DNA of 64,000 nucleotides from the human T2T-CHM13v2.0 reference genome, Homo sapiens (GCF_009914755.1 NC_060931.1), one strand, 5' to 3'. Numbered from the stretch's first letter, positions 46,056 to 58,069 are shown. Notes: generated by a model not told the origin, from the sequence alone. Program-made: numbers and translations.

Positions 46056-47008
46056 CTGCCTCCACCACCAATGCTCATTCCACCTCCCCTTGTACTTCAA
46101 TACCTCCCTGCGCTTTCCCAGTTTCAACTCACAGAAGGGAAAGCTGCCGGCAGGCCAGCACTGGGGCTCTTTTTGTTTAATATTTGCCTAGTTGTTGAGT
46201 AAGGATGGAGACAGACTTAAATCATTAAGTGGGATTTCTATTTTTAGACATTTCTCATTCTGCTGAATAGAAAATTTAAAAAGAGTGCATTCCTGCCTCA
46301 AGGAATGGTAGGACTTTTTGAGGCTTAATGACTAAGGGAAACAAACGTGTGCTTCAAAGTACACTGAGCACTTAGGTTCAGTGAATGCTTTCTCAAATAC
46401 ACTTTGGATCTAATATAAGAACTCAGTTTGTCCTGGTGCAGACTTATCTGGGAGCATTAATACTCCTGGGCTTAAACAAACTGCCCCAGAACACAGTGCT
46501 GAGAGCAGGAGACCCTGACTGGCCTCAAATCTGTTAAGATGGCAATCAATCATTTAGAAGCTTTACAACCAGGAGAAAAACGAGCGTGAGAGGAAATGTG
46601 AAACGATGACACATCATCACTCTCCACTAGAGCCCTCCAGTTTCTGAGAAAGATGGAAACTCTCTCATTGGAAAAGGCAGAAAAATAAACATGCTAACAA
46701 TGAAAATTCTTAAGATTTTTTTAAAAAGAGAAACTGAGAGGAAAAATCATATCTAAGTTCTTCTAGAAAGATCACAATTTCACAAAACCTATTGTTTGGA
46801 ACAAAAACCTGGGTTTAAGTTTATTTTATTTAGCTGAGCACATTTAGTAGAATTATTTCAAGTGTCTGCCTTAGTACAGACTTTTCAGAAGTGGGATAAA
46901 TGTACAGTTTCCTGCTACCTAGAGCTGCTGTGAGAATTAACTAAATTAAAAACCAAAAAATGACAGGCAGTAGATAGACTGAAATCTTTCTCTTAAGAGT
47001 TGTGCTAT

Positions 47009-47312
47009 GGCTGAGTGCAGTGGGTCATGCCTATAATTTCAGCACTTTGGGAGGCCGAGGTGGGAGGATCACTTGAGCCCAGCAGTTCAAGACCAGCCAG
47101 AGCAACATGGCAAAACCCCAACTCTACAAAAAATACAAAAAAATTAGCTGGGCATGCTGGTGCATGCTTGTAGTCCCAGCTACTAGGGAGGCTGAGGTGG
47201 GAGGATCATGTGAACCTGGGGAAGTTGAGGCTACAGTGAGCCATGATCTCACCACTGCACTCCAGCCTGCTGGGCAACAGAGTGAGACCCTGCTTCAAAA
47301 GAAAAAAAAAAA
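47009..47312 (+). mobile_element. AluJ
   Basis: TSD agt(t/c)gtgctat. Confidence 0.92.
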
Positions 47313-48045
47313 GTCGTGCTATGAATTAAAAAAAAAAGAAACTAAAATATTTACTGCATGAAAATGAAAGAATTAGATTGGACTCTACCTGTGCTCTAGT
47401 TCCAATTTCACTGTCTCTCTTTAGCCAAGTATCAGAGGCATCTGTTGTTTTGTTGTATAGATGCAAGTTGGGCATCCATGAACCAGCTTATTGGATATTG
47501 GTGGTGGTGGTTTTCACTCAGCTCTATTCTGTAGAAATAGTACCCCAATTTTGCTTTGGGGAATCACCCTCCCTGTCTGAGCCCACTTGCTTCAGGTGAA
47601 CCTGAATCCATCTACAGCCTCCTAGGGAGTAGAAAGTGAGTGAGGCTAAGCTCACCAGCACAGCCTCTTTCCCCAGATGACAGTCATTGGTTCAGGGAAA
47701 AAATGCATGACACAAATTAAACCCAGAGTATTAAAAACTTAATTGTTGGTGGGAAATGCCAAATGTTATAACCTTATGGAGGGGAATCCAGCAGTCTCTA
47801 AAGAGAAATGATAATAGAATGCAATTAATAATCTGTGGTTTTCTTTTCCTATAAAAGATATTATCAGGAAAATGGGTGAAATTTAAGATCTGTAGATTAG
47901 TTGATATTATTGTATCAGTGTTAATATCTTGAGTTTGATAATTTTTATTGTGGTTAATGTTCTTATTTTAGGTAACACTGAAGTATTTAGACATGTAGGG
48001 TCATCACATCTGCAACTTATTTGCCCATGGTTCAGGAACAATTAC

Positions 48046-48048
<3 letters not shown>

Positions 48049-48080
<32 letters not shown>
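48049..48080. repeat. (AC)16 microsatellite within an old L1 3' UTR fragment
   Basis: Read directly. Confidence 0.95.
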
Positions 48081-48081
<1 letters not shown>

Positions 48082-48224
48082 AGATAATAGATATAGAAAG
48101 TAGGAGGGCAAGAGAAAGAATGACAAAGCAAACGGGCTAAAAATTTAATAACTGGGGAACTTGAGTAAAGGGTATATAGCAATTCTTTATACTGTTCCCA
48201 AAACTCTTCCATAAATCTTTATTA

Positions 48225-48530
48225 TGTTGTAAACCCAGAAAATCTGAGATAGGTCTCAGTTAATTTAGAAAGTTTATTTTGCCAAGGTTGAGGATGCACC
48301 CATGACACAGCCTCAGGAAGTCCTGATGACATGTGCCCAAGGTAGTCGGGGCACAGCTTGGTTTTGTACATTTTAGGGAGACATGAAACATCAGTCAATA
48401 TATGTAAGAAGTACATTGGTTCGATCTGGAAAGGCAGGACAACTCAAAGCAAAGGGAGGAAAACTGGAAGTAGGATGTGGCTTCCAGGTCACAGATAGGT
48501 GAGAGACAAAGGTTGCATTCTTTTGAGTTA
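48225..48530 (-). mobile_element. MER4A-like LTR fragment
   Basis: aatttagaaagtttattttgccaaggttgagga...gtcctgatgacatgtgcccaagg. Confidence 0.85.
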
Positions 48531-49690
48531 ATACTTGGACTGAGCTAATGTTCATCCTAGGCATCCTCTTCTCAGGGGAAGAAAGAAGCATGATCCGTAG
48601 AGCTGCTATGGTGGTCTGATAATGTGAACACCCTCCTGGCCAAAACGTTCCTGCAGCAGATCAAAAATTCCCCACCAAAGACCCCCAGTGGGAAAATAAC
48701 AATGCAGCCCACTACATATGCAAGACCTTAGGGAAATGATAATAAAAGGGATTAAAGAATCAGTACCCCAAATCCAGAACCTTACCCGAGCATTTGATAT
48801 ACAGCATGGGCAAGATGAAGGGCCTATAGAATTTTTAGACAGATCGAAGGAACAAATGAGACAGTATGCTGATCTAGATCCTGAGGATCCTCTTGGATGG
48901 GGAATGTTAAAACTTCATTTTGTTGTTAACAGTTGGCCAGATATTTCAAAGAAATTACAAAAGATGGAAAATTGGAAAGACCATCCTGTGGAGGGTCTGT
49001 CCTGCAGGCCCCAGCTCGCATGATGGATGAATAATGTACCCAGACACCGATATTCAGTGAAAGTGCCTCTAGGGATCCGAGCTGCTCACAGACACCAAGG
49101 AAGGTGGTGTAAAGAATCAGCAGCCACAGCCCCAATTAGCTGTCCCTGTGGGCATTTATTTGGCACAGTTTTAATGACAAAGGCTTTGAGTCAACACACC
49201 TGTGGGTAATTAATCTGGTCGCCCCCACCCCAGGAGAGCTATCCCGCCCTTGAGTGATCAAATGTTAGTTGTAGGACCACATGAGTAAACAAGCTCTTTA
49301 GATAAACTTCTCCACATTCCTATGTATCTGCGCCCTAAGCTCTCTGGCTCCTGAAAAGAGGATTTGGCTGCCTTCAGCCAAACTATCTGAAGTTATGCCA
49401 AACTTCCTGGCCTTCCAACAAGGTTTGCTTCTTTCTATTCCTATAATTTCTTCTGCCATACTGACTGATCTTCCACACTGTCCCGTGAGTGAATTTCTTA
49501 GGGAGGCTCAAAAAGAGTATGTAAGAAGGGACAAAGGAAAACAAAAACAGAAGGCAAAAATTCTGCTGTCCACCATACAACAAAGTACTCAGGGGGCCAG
49601 AACCTAAAAAGAGCCTAGGCCCCCACTTTCCAGGCCATATAAAGAACACCAAAAAGTGAAGCTTGGAAACTTAAAATTAGGAAAGGAAGG
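48531..49690 (+). pseudogene. gag: Gammaretrovirus-like gag capsid remnant split by LTR22
   Basis: MHR-like IQHGQDEGPIEFLDR...YADLDP; HFVVNSWPDISKKLQKMENWKDHP continues as VSEFLREAQKEYVRRD after the LTR; stops present. Confidence 0.88.
48987..49477 (-). mobile_element. LTR22 (HML-5) solo LTR
   Basis: TG..CA ends; taggaccacatgagtaaacaagct, ggctgccttcagcc; 6-bp TSD ccatcc/ctgtcc. Confidence 0.85.
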
Positions 49691-50134
49691 AAGGATCTCT
49701 TTGAAGGCTATAATGCTTTGAAAACTGTTGGCAGTGTGGCATGACTGCTTAAAGTAGATAAAAGCTTGTCATTTTACCCCATCCCGGCGTGACTGTGAAG
49801 CTGGTGAGGAAAGAGGAAAAAGGGCAAGTTCGGATGTAAGCTGGGTAGCTGGGACTGGTTGGACAAGGGACCACTCTGGAGGGCTCTTGTGCCCAGTGTT
49901 TTCCACTTCAGCCCAGCCACATGTTTATAGCAGCCAGAGTCCTTGCAAAGGTGTGGCTGGCTTCGGTCAGGGCCTTCTAGCACTATCAGCGCACTCCTGC
50001 CAGCAGCTCAGCTCCTCTCTGCCAGACCAACTAAGAGTGCTTTGTCCTGGCTGGGACATAGAGGCTGAGAGAGATGGGAGGAGTCATAACACCCAGAAAT
50101 GAAAATACGGATTTAGAGAAGGAACCAGTAAGTA

Positions 50135-51082
50135 GGAGACAGAAGTTAAATATAAAAACCAATCAGCTAGTATCAAATTTCTGTTTATTCTGGAAGCAGG
50201 AGCAAATCTATTAGGAAGAGATTTAATGCTAAAATTAGGCTTAGGCCTCCAAATCGATCATGGGAAATTCCACTCCTCCCTAAACTTGCTCACCACCGCA
50301 GACAAAGAACACATTCATCCCAAGATATGGTCAAAAGATGGGATGAGGAAAGTTACAGATTCCTCTGATTCATGTTAAATTAAATACCCCTGGGGAAGTA
50401 GTAAAGAGAAAGCAATACCCTATTCCTTTAGAAGGCAGAGTAAATTTAAAACCTATAATTTAAGGTCTTCTCCGTGATGGGCTTCTTGAACCCTGAATGT
50501 CGCCCTATAACACTCCAATACTGCCTGTAAAGGAGCCAGACAGGTCATACTGGTTAGTGCAAGACCTTAGAGCTATTAATCAGATAGTCCAAACTGCACT
50601 CCCTGTTGTTCCCAATCCTTATACTATTATCAGTAGGATCCCATACAGCCACAAGTAGTTTACAGTAGTACATTTAAAAGATGCCTTCTGGACTTGTTTG
50701 TTAGCAGAGGACAGCCGGGACCTATTTGCCTTTGAGTGGGAAAGCCCTCACTCAATTTCTCAAAAACTATATATTAGATCTGTCTTCTGCCCTCTTCTCC
50801 CTTAGGACTCAAGGCATTCTAGCCCAGACTCCAACTCTTGAGTTTCCAGTTCACTACCACCAGCCTAGAGATCACATCCTCATCAGGAGTTGGAAAGAAG
50901 GGAAGCTTGAGCCCACTTGGGAAGGACCTTATTTAGTGCTCTTAACAACTGATACAGCAGTTTGGACTGCCAAGAAGGGCTGGACTCATCACACTCAAGT
51001 TAAGCGGGCACCACCCTTCCCAGAATCATGGACCCTTGTTCCAGGACCAACTCTTACCAAGCTAAGGCTAAAGAGGGTTTAA
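50135..51082 (+). pseudogene. pol: pro/pol remnant: protease C-terminus, RT N-terminus, integrase C-terminus
   Basis: NLLGRDLM; KQYPIP; SPYNTPILPVK; LVQDLRAIN; LKDAFW; FAFEW, then a jump to LEPTWEGPYLVLLTT; several stops. Confidence 0.92.
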
Positions 51083-53060
51083 CCCTCTTATTCTGTATTT
51101 ATTTCCTCCCCCTACCCCATCCCTAGTCCCCTTATCATTAATGTAACCAAGTCAAGCTCACCCCAAACTATTACCTTTGATGCTTGCCTTGTTATACCCT
51201 GTGGAGAGTTGTCAAGTCAAAAGCAACTCTCTTCTTCAGAAAAGTATCTCCATCCTTCCTGGCTTTCCTCAGATTGGGCATTTGTTAATCGGGATAAGTT
51301 AGTTTGGGAAGAGTTTGATGAAGACTTCAGTATGAACTGGAAATCTTGTCCTCTTAGAGCAGATCTTCTCTGCCGAAGTTGGTTCAATGTTTGATGAAAT
51401 ACTAAAGAGCAAGAATGGACCACCCCAACTGGTACTTGCAGTTTCTTAAAGCCATATATTCATTTTACTAAAGGAATTACCCCTCCCAATTGTCAGCTGA
51501 ACCAATGTAATCCAGCACAGATTACCATCCCTGCTCCCCAGAGTTCTTCCCCTTCATTAAGCCATTTCTGTGGTATAGGAGCAGAAGTCTCAGGGAAGGA
51601 CCCCGCAGGATCCTTTGAAATGCACTTCATTGCTTCCCTACCTCCTGTACCCCCTTCTCCCTCTCCTAAGTTCTCCACTAACCAAACCTTTTCTCGTTGT
51701 ATACCCAATGATAAACTGAAAGTAGCTGTTATAGAGGTTAAAGATTTAAAACAAATTATAGCCATTGAAACAGGGTAGCAGGACACAAATGCTTGGCTGG
51801 AATGGATTAAATATTCTGTTCACACGCTAAACAAAAGCGACTGTTATGCTTGTGTGACAGGCAGGCCAGAGACCCAAATTGTCCCCTTTCCACTCGTGAG
51901 GTGGTCCTTTCACAGACCAGGCATGAGCTGTATGGTCCGAGCTCTCTTCCAGAACCCCACAGTCTAAGGCGATGAGTCATGCAAGACTCTTTCACTGCTG
52001 TTCCCTGAGGTCAAGAGCCCTGCGGGTCAGCCCCTGAGGACCATCCAGCCTCCAGCCCCTGATGTTAACTTCACCTCATGCCTTTCATGGCAGGGGGAAA
52101 AGTTAGCCTTCCTTGGAGACTTAACAGGGTGCAGTGAAACGAAGCCTTTTCAAGAGCTTACTGATCAGTCTGCCCTTGTTCATCCCCGAGCAAATGTTTG
52201 GTGGTATTGCGGGAGACTATTGCTGGGTACTCTAACAAGTAACTGGAGCAGCCAGTTCAATTGGCTATCCCTTTCACCTTGGCATTTCATCAACCAAGAA
52301 AGTTGAAAACAGAATATTGTAAAAAGAGAGATGTCTCTCACCGATCCTTTGATCCTCATGTTTATATAGATGCTGTCGGAGTACCACTAGGGGTACCAGA
52401 TGAATTCAAAGACAGAAATCAAATAGCTGCAGGATTCGAGTCCATATTGTTCTGGTTGTCAACTGTAAACAAGAATGTAGCTTAGAAGATAAATTATATC
52501 TTTTATAATTAACAACACTTTGTTAATTATACTAGAGATGCTATTAAAGGAATAGTTGAACAATTAGGCCCTACCAGCCAAATGGCCTGGGAAAATAGAA
52601 TAGCCCTTGACATGATATTAGCTGAAAAAGGCAGGGTTTGTGTCATGATTGGAGTCCAATGTTGTACTTTTATTCCTAATAACACTGCCCCTGATGGAAC
52701 AATACAAAAGCCTTACAAGGCCTTACCTCCTTATCAAATGAGTTAGCTAAAAATTCTGGAATAAATGACCCCTTTACAAGCCTCATGGAAAAATGGTTTG
52801 AGAAATGGAAAGGAATTATGACCTCAATATTCACCTCCCTTGTAATCATTATAGGTATATTCTTGTAGGATGCTGTATCATATTCTGTATTCGTGGTTTA
52901 ATGCAAACATTTATAGAAACAGCTTTACCAAAACCTCCCTTAGTTCACCCCTGCCTTATTCAGATAAACTCATCCTTCTAGACGCCCAAGAAGAACAGAG
53001 CCAAGATATGCTGAGACGTTTTGAAGAGGAAAAACAAACTATAAAATCAAGAGAAGGAAA
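51083..53060 (+). pseudogene. env: env remnant (gamma-type), disrupted
   Basis: CYAC at 51842-51853, CKKR cleavage site near 52318-52329, ISD WENRIALDMILAEKGRVC, CX6CC CVMIGVQCC; stops and frameshifts; start approximate. Confidence 0.9.
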
Positions 53061-53061
53061 T

Positions 53062-53367
53062 TGTCAGAGATGATAAATTCCTCTTCAAAAGGTTTTAATT
53101 CCCTGTTCTTCCCATTCTTTGTTTCTCTAGTTTCTGTAGTTACCCATGTGTGGTAAACAATCCTTCCCACCCTTGCCGTGCCCTGACAAGCCTAGACGTG
53201 CCTTGTGCTATAACGAATAGCCTTTCCCTTCCCACCTAGATAGCTGTGTTCAATTTCAAACATTAGCCAATTGGGTCAGTTTAGACTGTGCGGTCCAACC
53301 CCAGCCAATGGAGAAAGCACATAGCAGTAGGAACCAATTGCACTAGGGGTAAAAATCACTGCCCTGC
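53062..53367 (+). mobile_element. LTR10-family 3' LTR, U3 part only
   Basis: Follows the PPT aagagaaggaaat; begins TGTCAGA; two CCAAT boxes; truncated by LTR22. Confidence 0.75.
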
Positions 53368-53851
53368 TGCGGGTGTCCATCCCACAGACCCTGTCCAACA
53401 ACAGATGAATAACATACACTGACACAGATATTATGCATGTCAGTCCAGCTGAGAGTCTGGCCCACTTACAGACTCCCAGAAGAGTGCTGTAAAGAGTTGT
53501 AACCATGGTCCCAACTTGCTGGCCCTCCCGGCATTTATACACCACACGTTAAATGACATAAGTATCAAGTAAACACCACTAGAAGGTAATTACCATTGCC
53601 GACCCCCGAGTAGAGAGCAATCATGCACCCGCGGATGGTCAAAGGTTTGTCTTAGGACCACATGAGTAAACAAGCTATTTAGATAGACTCCTCTATATTC
53701 CTATGTTAATTATCCTTGCTGTAGCTCAAGGAGGATTAGGCTGCCTTCAGCCATATCTCTATCCTGAGGCTTTTGCAAAAACCTTCCAGCTTTCCAAGAA
53801 GGTTTGTGTTTATTTTACAATTTTTCCCACCATCCTGACTGATCCCCTACA
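53368..53851 (-). mobile_element. Second LTR22 (HML-5) LTR
   Basis: Shares taggaccacatgagtaaacaagct and ggctgccttcagcca with 48987-49477 but is otherwise diverged; no TSD (ccctgc vs taagct). Confidence 0.85.
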
Positions 53852-54899
53852 TAAGCTTTGGAAATAGGTGTGAGCCCACATATGATTTTCCTAGTTTCTC
53901 CTCCCGCTTCTCTTTCTACTCTCTTGTTAGTATGTTAATTGTTTTCTCTCTCTCAATCTTTTTTCCCCATTTCTTTGGCAGACATTTTTACTTGTCTTGG
54001 AAGAGTAGGTGAAGAGTTGTTTTTAGGACTCTTTAAAAGGGTACAGTATAGATGACAGTCTTGGCTAATGGTAGCCAGATTCAGGGAGCCAGGGTCAGCG
54101 TGAGTTGGAATCAGTTCAAATTAGCAAAGCACTGGCACTCAGTGGCAGGAATACAAGCGACCACAAAGTGTTAAACACATCTGGAAAGAGATACTGACAT
54201 CATCCTCAGAATCTGTGGGGAATACACATCGGCTGTAAGACCCATTCCTCTTTGACCCTATAAAGATTCTTTAAAGAATAATACCCTTAGCGGTTTTCTA
54301 GCCAGCTTGCCTGTTCATTTATCTTTGAGGACAACATGCCTCGTGGAGCTCCACAGGCCCCAGAGGTGTATGGATTCTGCATTTGAAAGTGCTGAAGCTG
54401 AGAGACTGGGTCTTAGTGGACCCCAAGAAGTCTGCTTTTCCTCTACTCATTGTTCCTTTTTTCCCAGCCGCTGGCATTGCTGTTTAAATGGGTTGTTCTT
54501 TGCTGTTTAAGTTGTTTCATAGTGGTGTGTCAGGATTTGGGTTTTCTGAATATTTTCCCAGCTGGTGACTCGAGTGGTGGTTAGGGAGGAGCTATTTTAG
54601 GGCTGTTCTGGAGCTGTTGAGGTCGGGTGTCTGGGTACTCACAGCGCATCTGTTGAGGAGAATGCTGTTCTCATTGTGCTGCCTTTTGTAGTGCTGTGTG
54701 TGGCCCTTTAGATGTGGGTGGAGGTGAGTTGGGGGAGTTAATGAGATCTTTTTTAGGTGCTTTTGATGAAGTAGCCTGCACTACAGGATTCATTGTGACT
54801 TTTGTCCTTAACCGGCACATATTTCTTTGCCAGCATTTGCTGTCTTTCTCTTGCCTTTGATTTTCCCAGCTCCTCTTGGTTGAATTAACATAAGTGCTC

Positions 54900-55514
54900 T
54901 GCTATGGTTTAAATGTGTCCCCCAAAGTTTATGTGCTGGAAACTCAGTCCTCAATGCAACAGTTGGGATGTGGGGCCTAATAAGAGGGCCCTCATGAATG
55001 AGTTAATGTTGTTATTGTGGTAATAGATTAGTAATCACAGAGTGGGCTTATTATAAAACAGAGTTCAGCCCCTTTTGCCCTCTTGCTTTCTTGCAGTCTC
55101 TTGTCCTTCTGCCTGCTGTTGTGGGATGATGTGTAGAGGAAGATAGTCTTCCTCTACACAGCAAGAAGATCCCTACCAGATGCAGCCCTCTCAACCTTGG
55201 ACTTCCTGACATCCAGAACTGTAAGAAATAAAATTTGTTCCTTTTCTTTTCTTTTCTTTCCTTTTCTTCCTCCATTCCCTGCTCCTCCCTTCTCTTGCCT
55301 TCCCCTCCCTCCCTCTCTCTCTCCCTACCTCCTTCTCTCCCTTCCTCCTTCCCTCTTTCCCTCTTTCCCTTCCTTCCCTTCCTTTCTTTCCTTCCCTTCC
55401 TTCCATTCCTTCCCTTCCTTTCCTCCTTCCCTCCTTCCCTCCTTCCTTTTTTCCTTCTTGTAAATTATGCAGTCTGTGGCATTCTTTTATAGCAGCATGA
55501 AATGGACAAAGACA
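54900..55514 (+). mobile_element. MST (B/D-like) solo LTR
   Basis: tgctatggtttaaatgtgtcccc...ccagaactgtaagaaataaa...aaagaca; TSD tgctc/ggctc. Confidence 0.88.
55238..55459. repeat. ~220-bp polypyrimidine (TTCC/TTTC/CT) low-complexity tract
   Basis: Read directly; expanded inside the MST LTR. Confidence 0.95.
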
Positions 55515-58069
55515 GGCTCCATTTTCAAGAGCAAGCACTTTTGTAGTTTCTGAGCGAATTATGACTGCAAACGAAGTTCTGTAGGTAGCCTCAGATCCAC
55601 CATCTAGGAAGCATGCTACCAAGCAGACCTAGGATCTAGGATTTGATCAAGTGCTGGGCAACATGATACCTCTGCAATTTAGCACCTCCTTATATACCTC
55701 CAGTTGGCTCAGCCCATCAGGGCTAAAACTACTCCTCATATCCTAGTGTCTCTTGTAGGCAGAAGCCCTGCCTAAACCCTAAGCTGCTTGGCTCACATTC
55801 TGTCTTGTGCTTTTTTTTTGTAGGGGGTTCAAATATACACAAAAGAAATATGATGAACCTTCATGTACCCAACCCGCAGATTAAGCAGTTACCTCCATTT
55901 TTCCAGATTTGTTTCATCTGCTTCAATCTCCCTAAAAATTTATGTTTGTACAGGAAAAACTGAAAAAATAGCTAATTCTCCACCTAACCTCTCACTTTAA
56001 GTCACTTTTCAGAGTAATAAGTTAGTGACCTACTAACCTTCACTCTAGTGACCAATAGTTTTTTTTTTTCTGAATACCATTATGAACTCGTAGATTATTG
56101 TTTGCATTTGATGTATTTCAGGCCATTGCAGTCTTTATTGTTTTGGATGCTTACATTGTCTCATCTAGGTTAATAATTATCTCTTCAAGTTGACTCTTAC
56201 GTCTTTTTGATGTGATCCTGTTGGACTTTGATGGCTTCCTTGCTTTCTGGCAAAAAAGATGTTCCAGGATCAATATACTGTTCCATACATGGAGTCAGCC
56301 ATTTCTCTAGGAGGCCTTGATTCCTTTTAGTAGAGAACGCAGTTTGGGATCTTGGACTGAATGACTTTTGTGAACCTTCTCTTCTGAAACTACAGCCTGC
56401 ATCCCTGCATATAGCCCGTTTGGAGCTCTTGCTGGGCACCAACAGATCTCCTAAAACTGCTATATAGTTCTGCCTCACTCTTACAAAGATTCATCTCTTG
56501 AGAGTTTTGTGCTCTACCCCCAGATGTGGTCTTTCTGGTTCTGAAGCTTTTGTTTCAGTCACCCTGAATTTCACCAGCCCTATGCATGCTATACCTTGGA
56601 TTGCCAACCCGCCCTCAGTGGAGCCTCTTTGGTTAGAATAGTTGCCACAACCCATGCCTAATACTCTAGTAAAGAAGGTTCTACCTAGGCTTAGGTTAAC
56701 TTTTGCTCCTTTGGGCCCTGTGTTCTACCAGCATTCCATTTATCTGAAACTCTTCTTCACCTCAAGAACTTATCTGTTCTTTAATGGTTTACTGCTGCTT
56801 CCTGGGTTCGCAAGAACCTGGTTCAAGAGTTTCTGTTTTAGTTTGAGATCTTATAGGCCTGTCTCATCAGGTTGGTGTCAGCCTAGCTAGGATTAGGCAG
56901 AATTGGGTGGGGGTTGTAGTGCATTTTTGGCACAGCATGTACCTGTCTGACTAATTCTCTGTCTTTTCTTTCCTGTTGCAATTAATGGGTCTTAGCATCT
57001 TCTGAATGGTGTTTAGTAGGTCATCCTGCTGATTTCCTCCTAGGGAGTAGCATACTCTGGCTCTGTACCATTGGCCAAGGGACTTAAGGATGGGTGACAG
57101 GCTGCAGTTTTGTTAAACAGAACAATATGAAGAGATGGCATTGTAAAAAAAAAAACAAAAAAAACAAAAACAAAAAAAAAGGCTTGGCAGCAGGGCCCAT
57201 TTGAATGGTTAGTCCTTGGCTCCCGTGTTGATATAGGCAGATCCTTCATGGGAATTTGGAATGATCCCAAATATTGTAGATCACTGGTACATCAAGTCAT
57301 CCTCAGGGTTGTCTGTGTAACAGTCTTGAATGATATTTTGTGAATCTTTGGAGATTCTCTGCATAGGGTTTAATCATTTAGTTATTTCAGTCGAGCCTGT
57401 TTAGTTTCTTTGCAAGGAGATAAGAAATGTGAAAGAGATGCAGACATTGGGAAATGCCAGGAGCCTTGTTTCCCCACCCTCTACTTGGGTTCTGGAACTG
57501 GACTCATCGGTGAGTAGTGAGGAGCTGGGCCCAAGTTCATTAATCCTAGATCTAGCTCTGCTTTGTGCTCGCTCCAGTTCTTGTATCAAATTCACTTCAA
57601 GCCACGCAGAGTAGTATGTAGAGGAGTCATTCAGGACTGTGCTTATAGTTCATTATATCAAATGGGAGATCCAGTAATTTATAGCCTAGTATTTCTGGAG
57701 TCTGGAGATGGCTCTGCATAAGCTTTGCTGAAGTAGATTTTATTACATTAGAAGAGAACCTAGCTGGCTGCATCCTACATTGGAAGCTTTTAGATGCTAA
57801 TAAGGAGGTCATATAAAGGTCACAAAATGACTCTGGAATTCATTTCCCCCGAAAAAAGAATAATGACATTCTGCATTGGCCTCTTTTCATTTCCCTTTGA
57901 TTTTGAGTAATAAATTATCTCCTCACTTCCCAGCTGAACAGTTTGGGAGTCTCTATTCCCTAGAAAGACTCTGGTCACATACCCATCAGATTAAATTAGG
58001 TGAAAACTCTTTGGCCTTAATGAATGTTGAAGGATTTCAAACGGCTAATGGAAATTCTTCTAGAAGTAA

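Larger units (their letters stand above)
48531..53367 (+). mobile_element. Deleted HERV-I (HERVIP10-like) provirus with no 5' LTR
   Basis: Collinear gag, pro, RT, IN and env remnants, a polypurine tract and a partial 3' LTR. Confidence 0.88.

Noticed and set aside
48987-53851. A single LTR22-flanked hybrid provirus carrying HERV-I pol/env
   Set aside because: The left LTR has its own TSD within continuous gag, the two LTRs are diverged, and both are antisense to the internal genes.
55051-55622. E/G/K/R-rich and P/S/F-rich ORFs
   Set aside because: Translations of the polypyrimidine tract.
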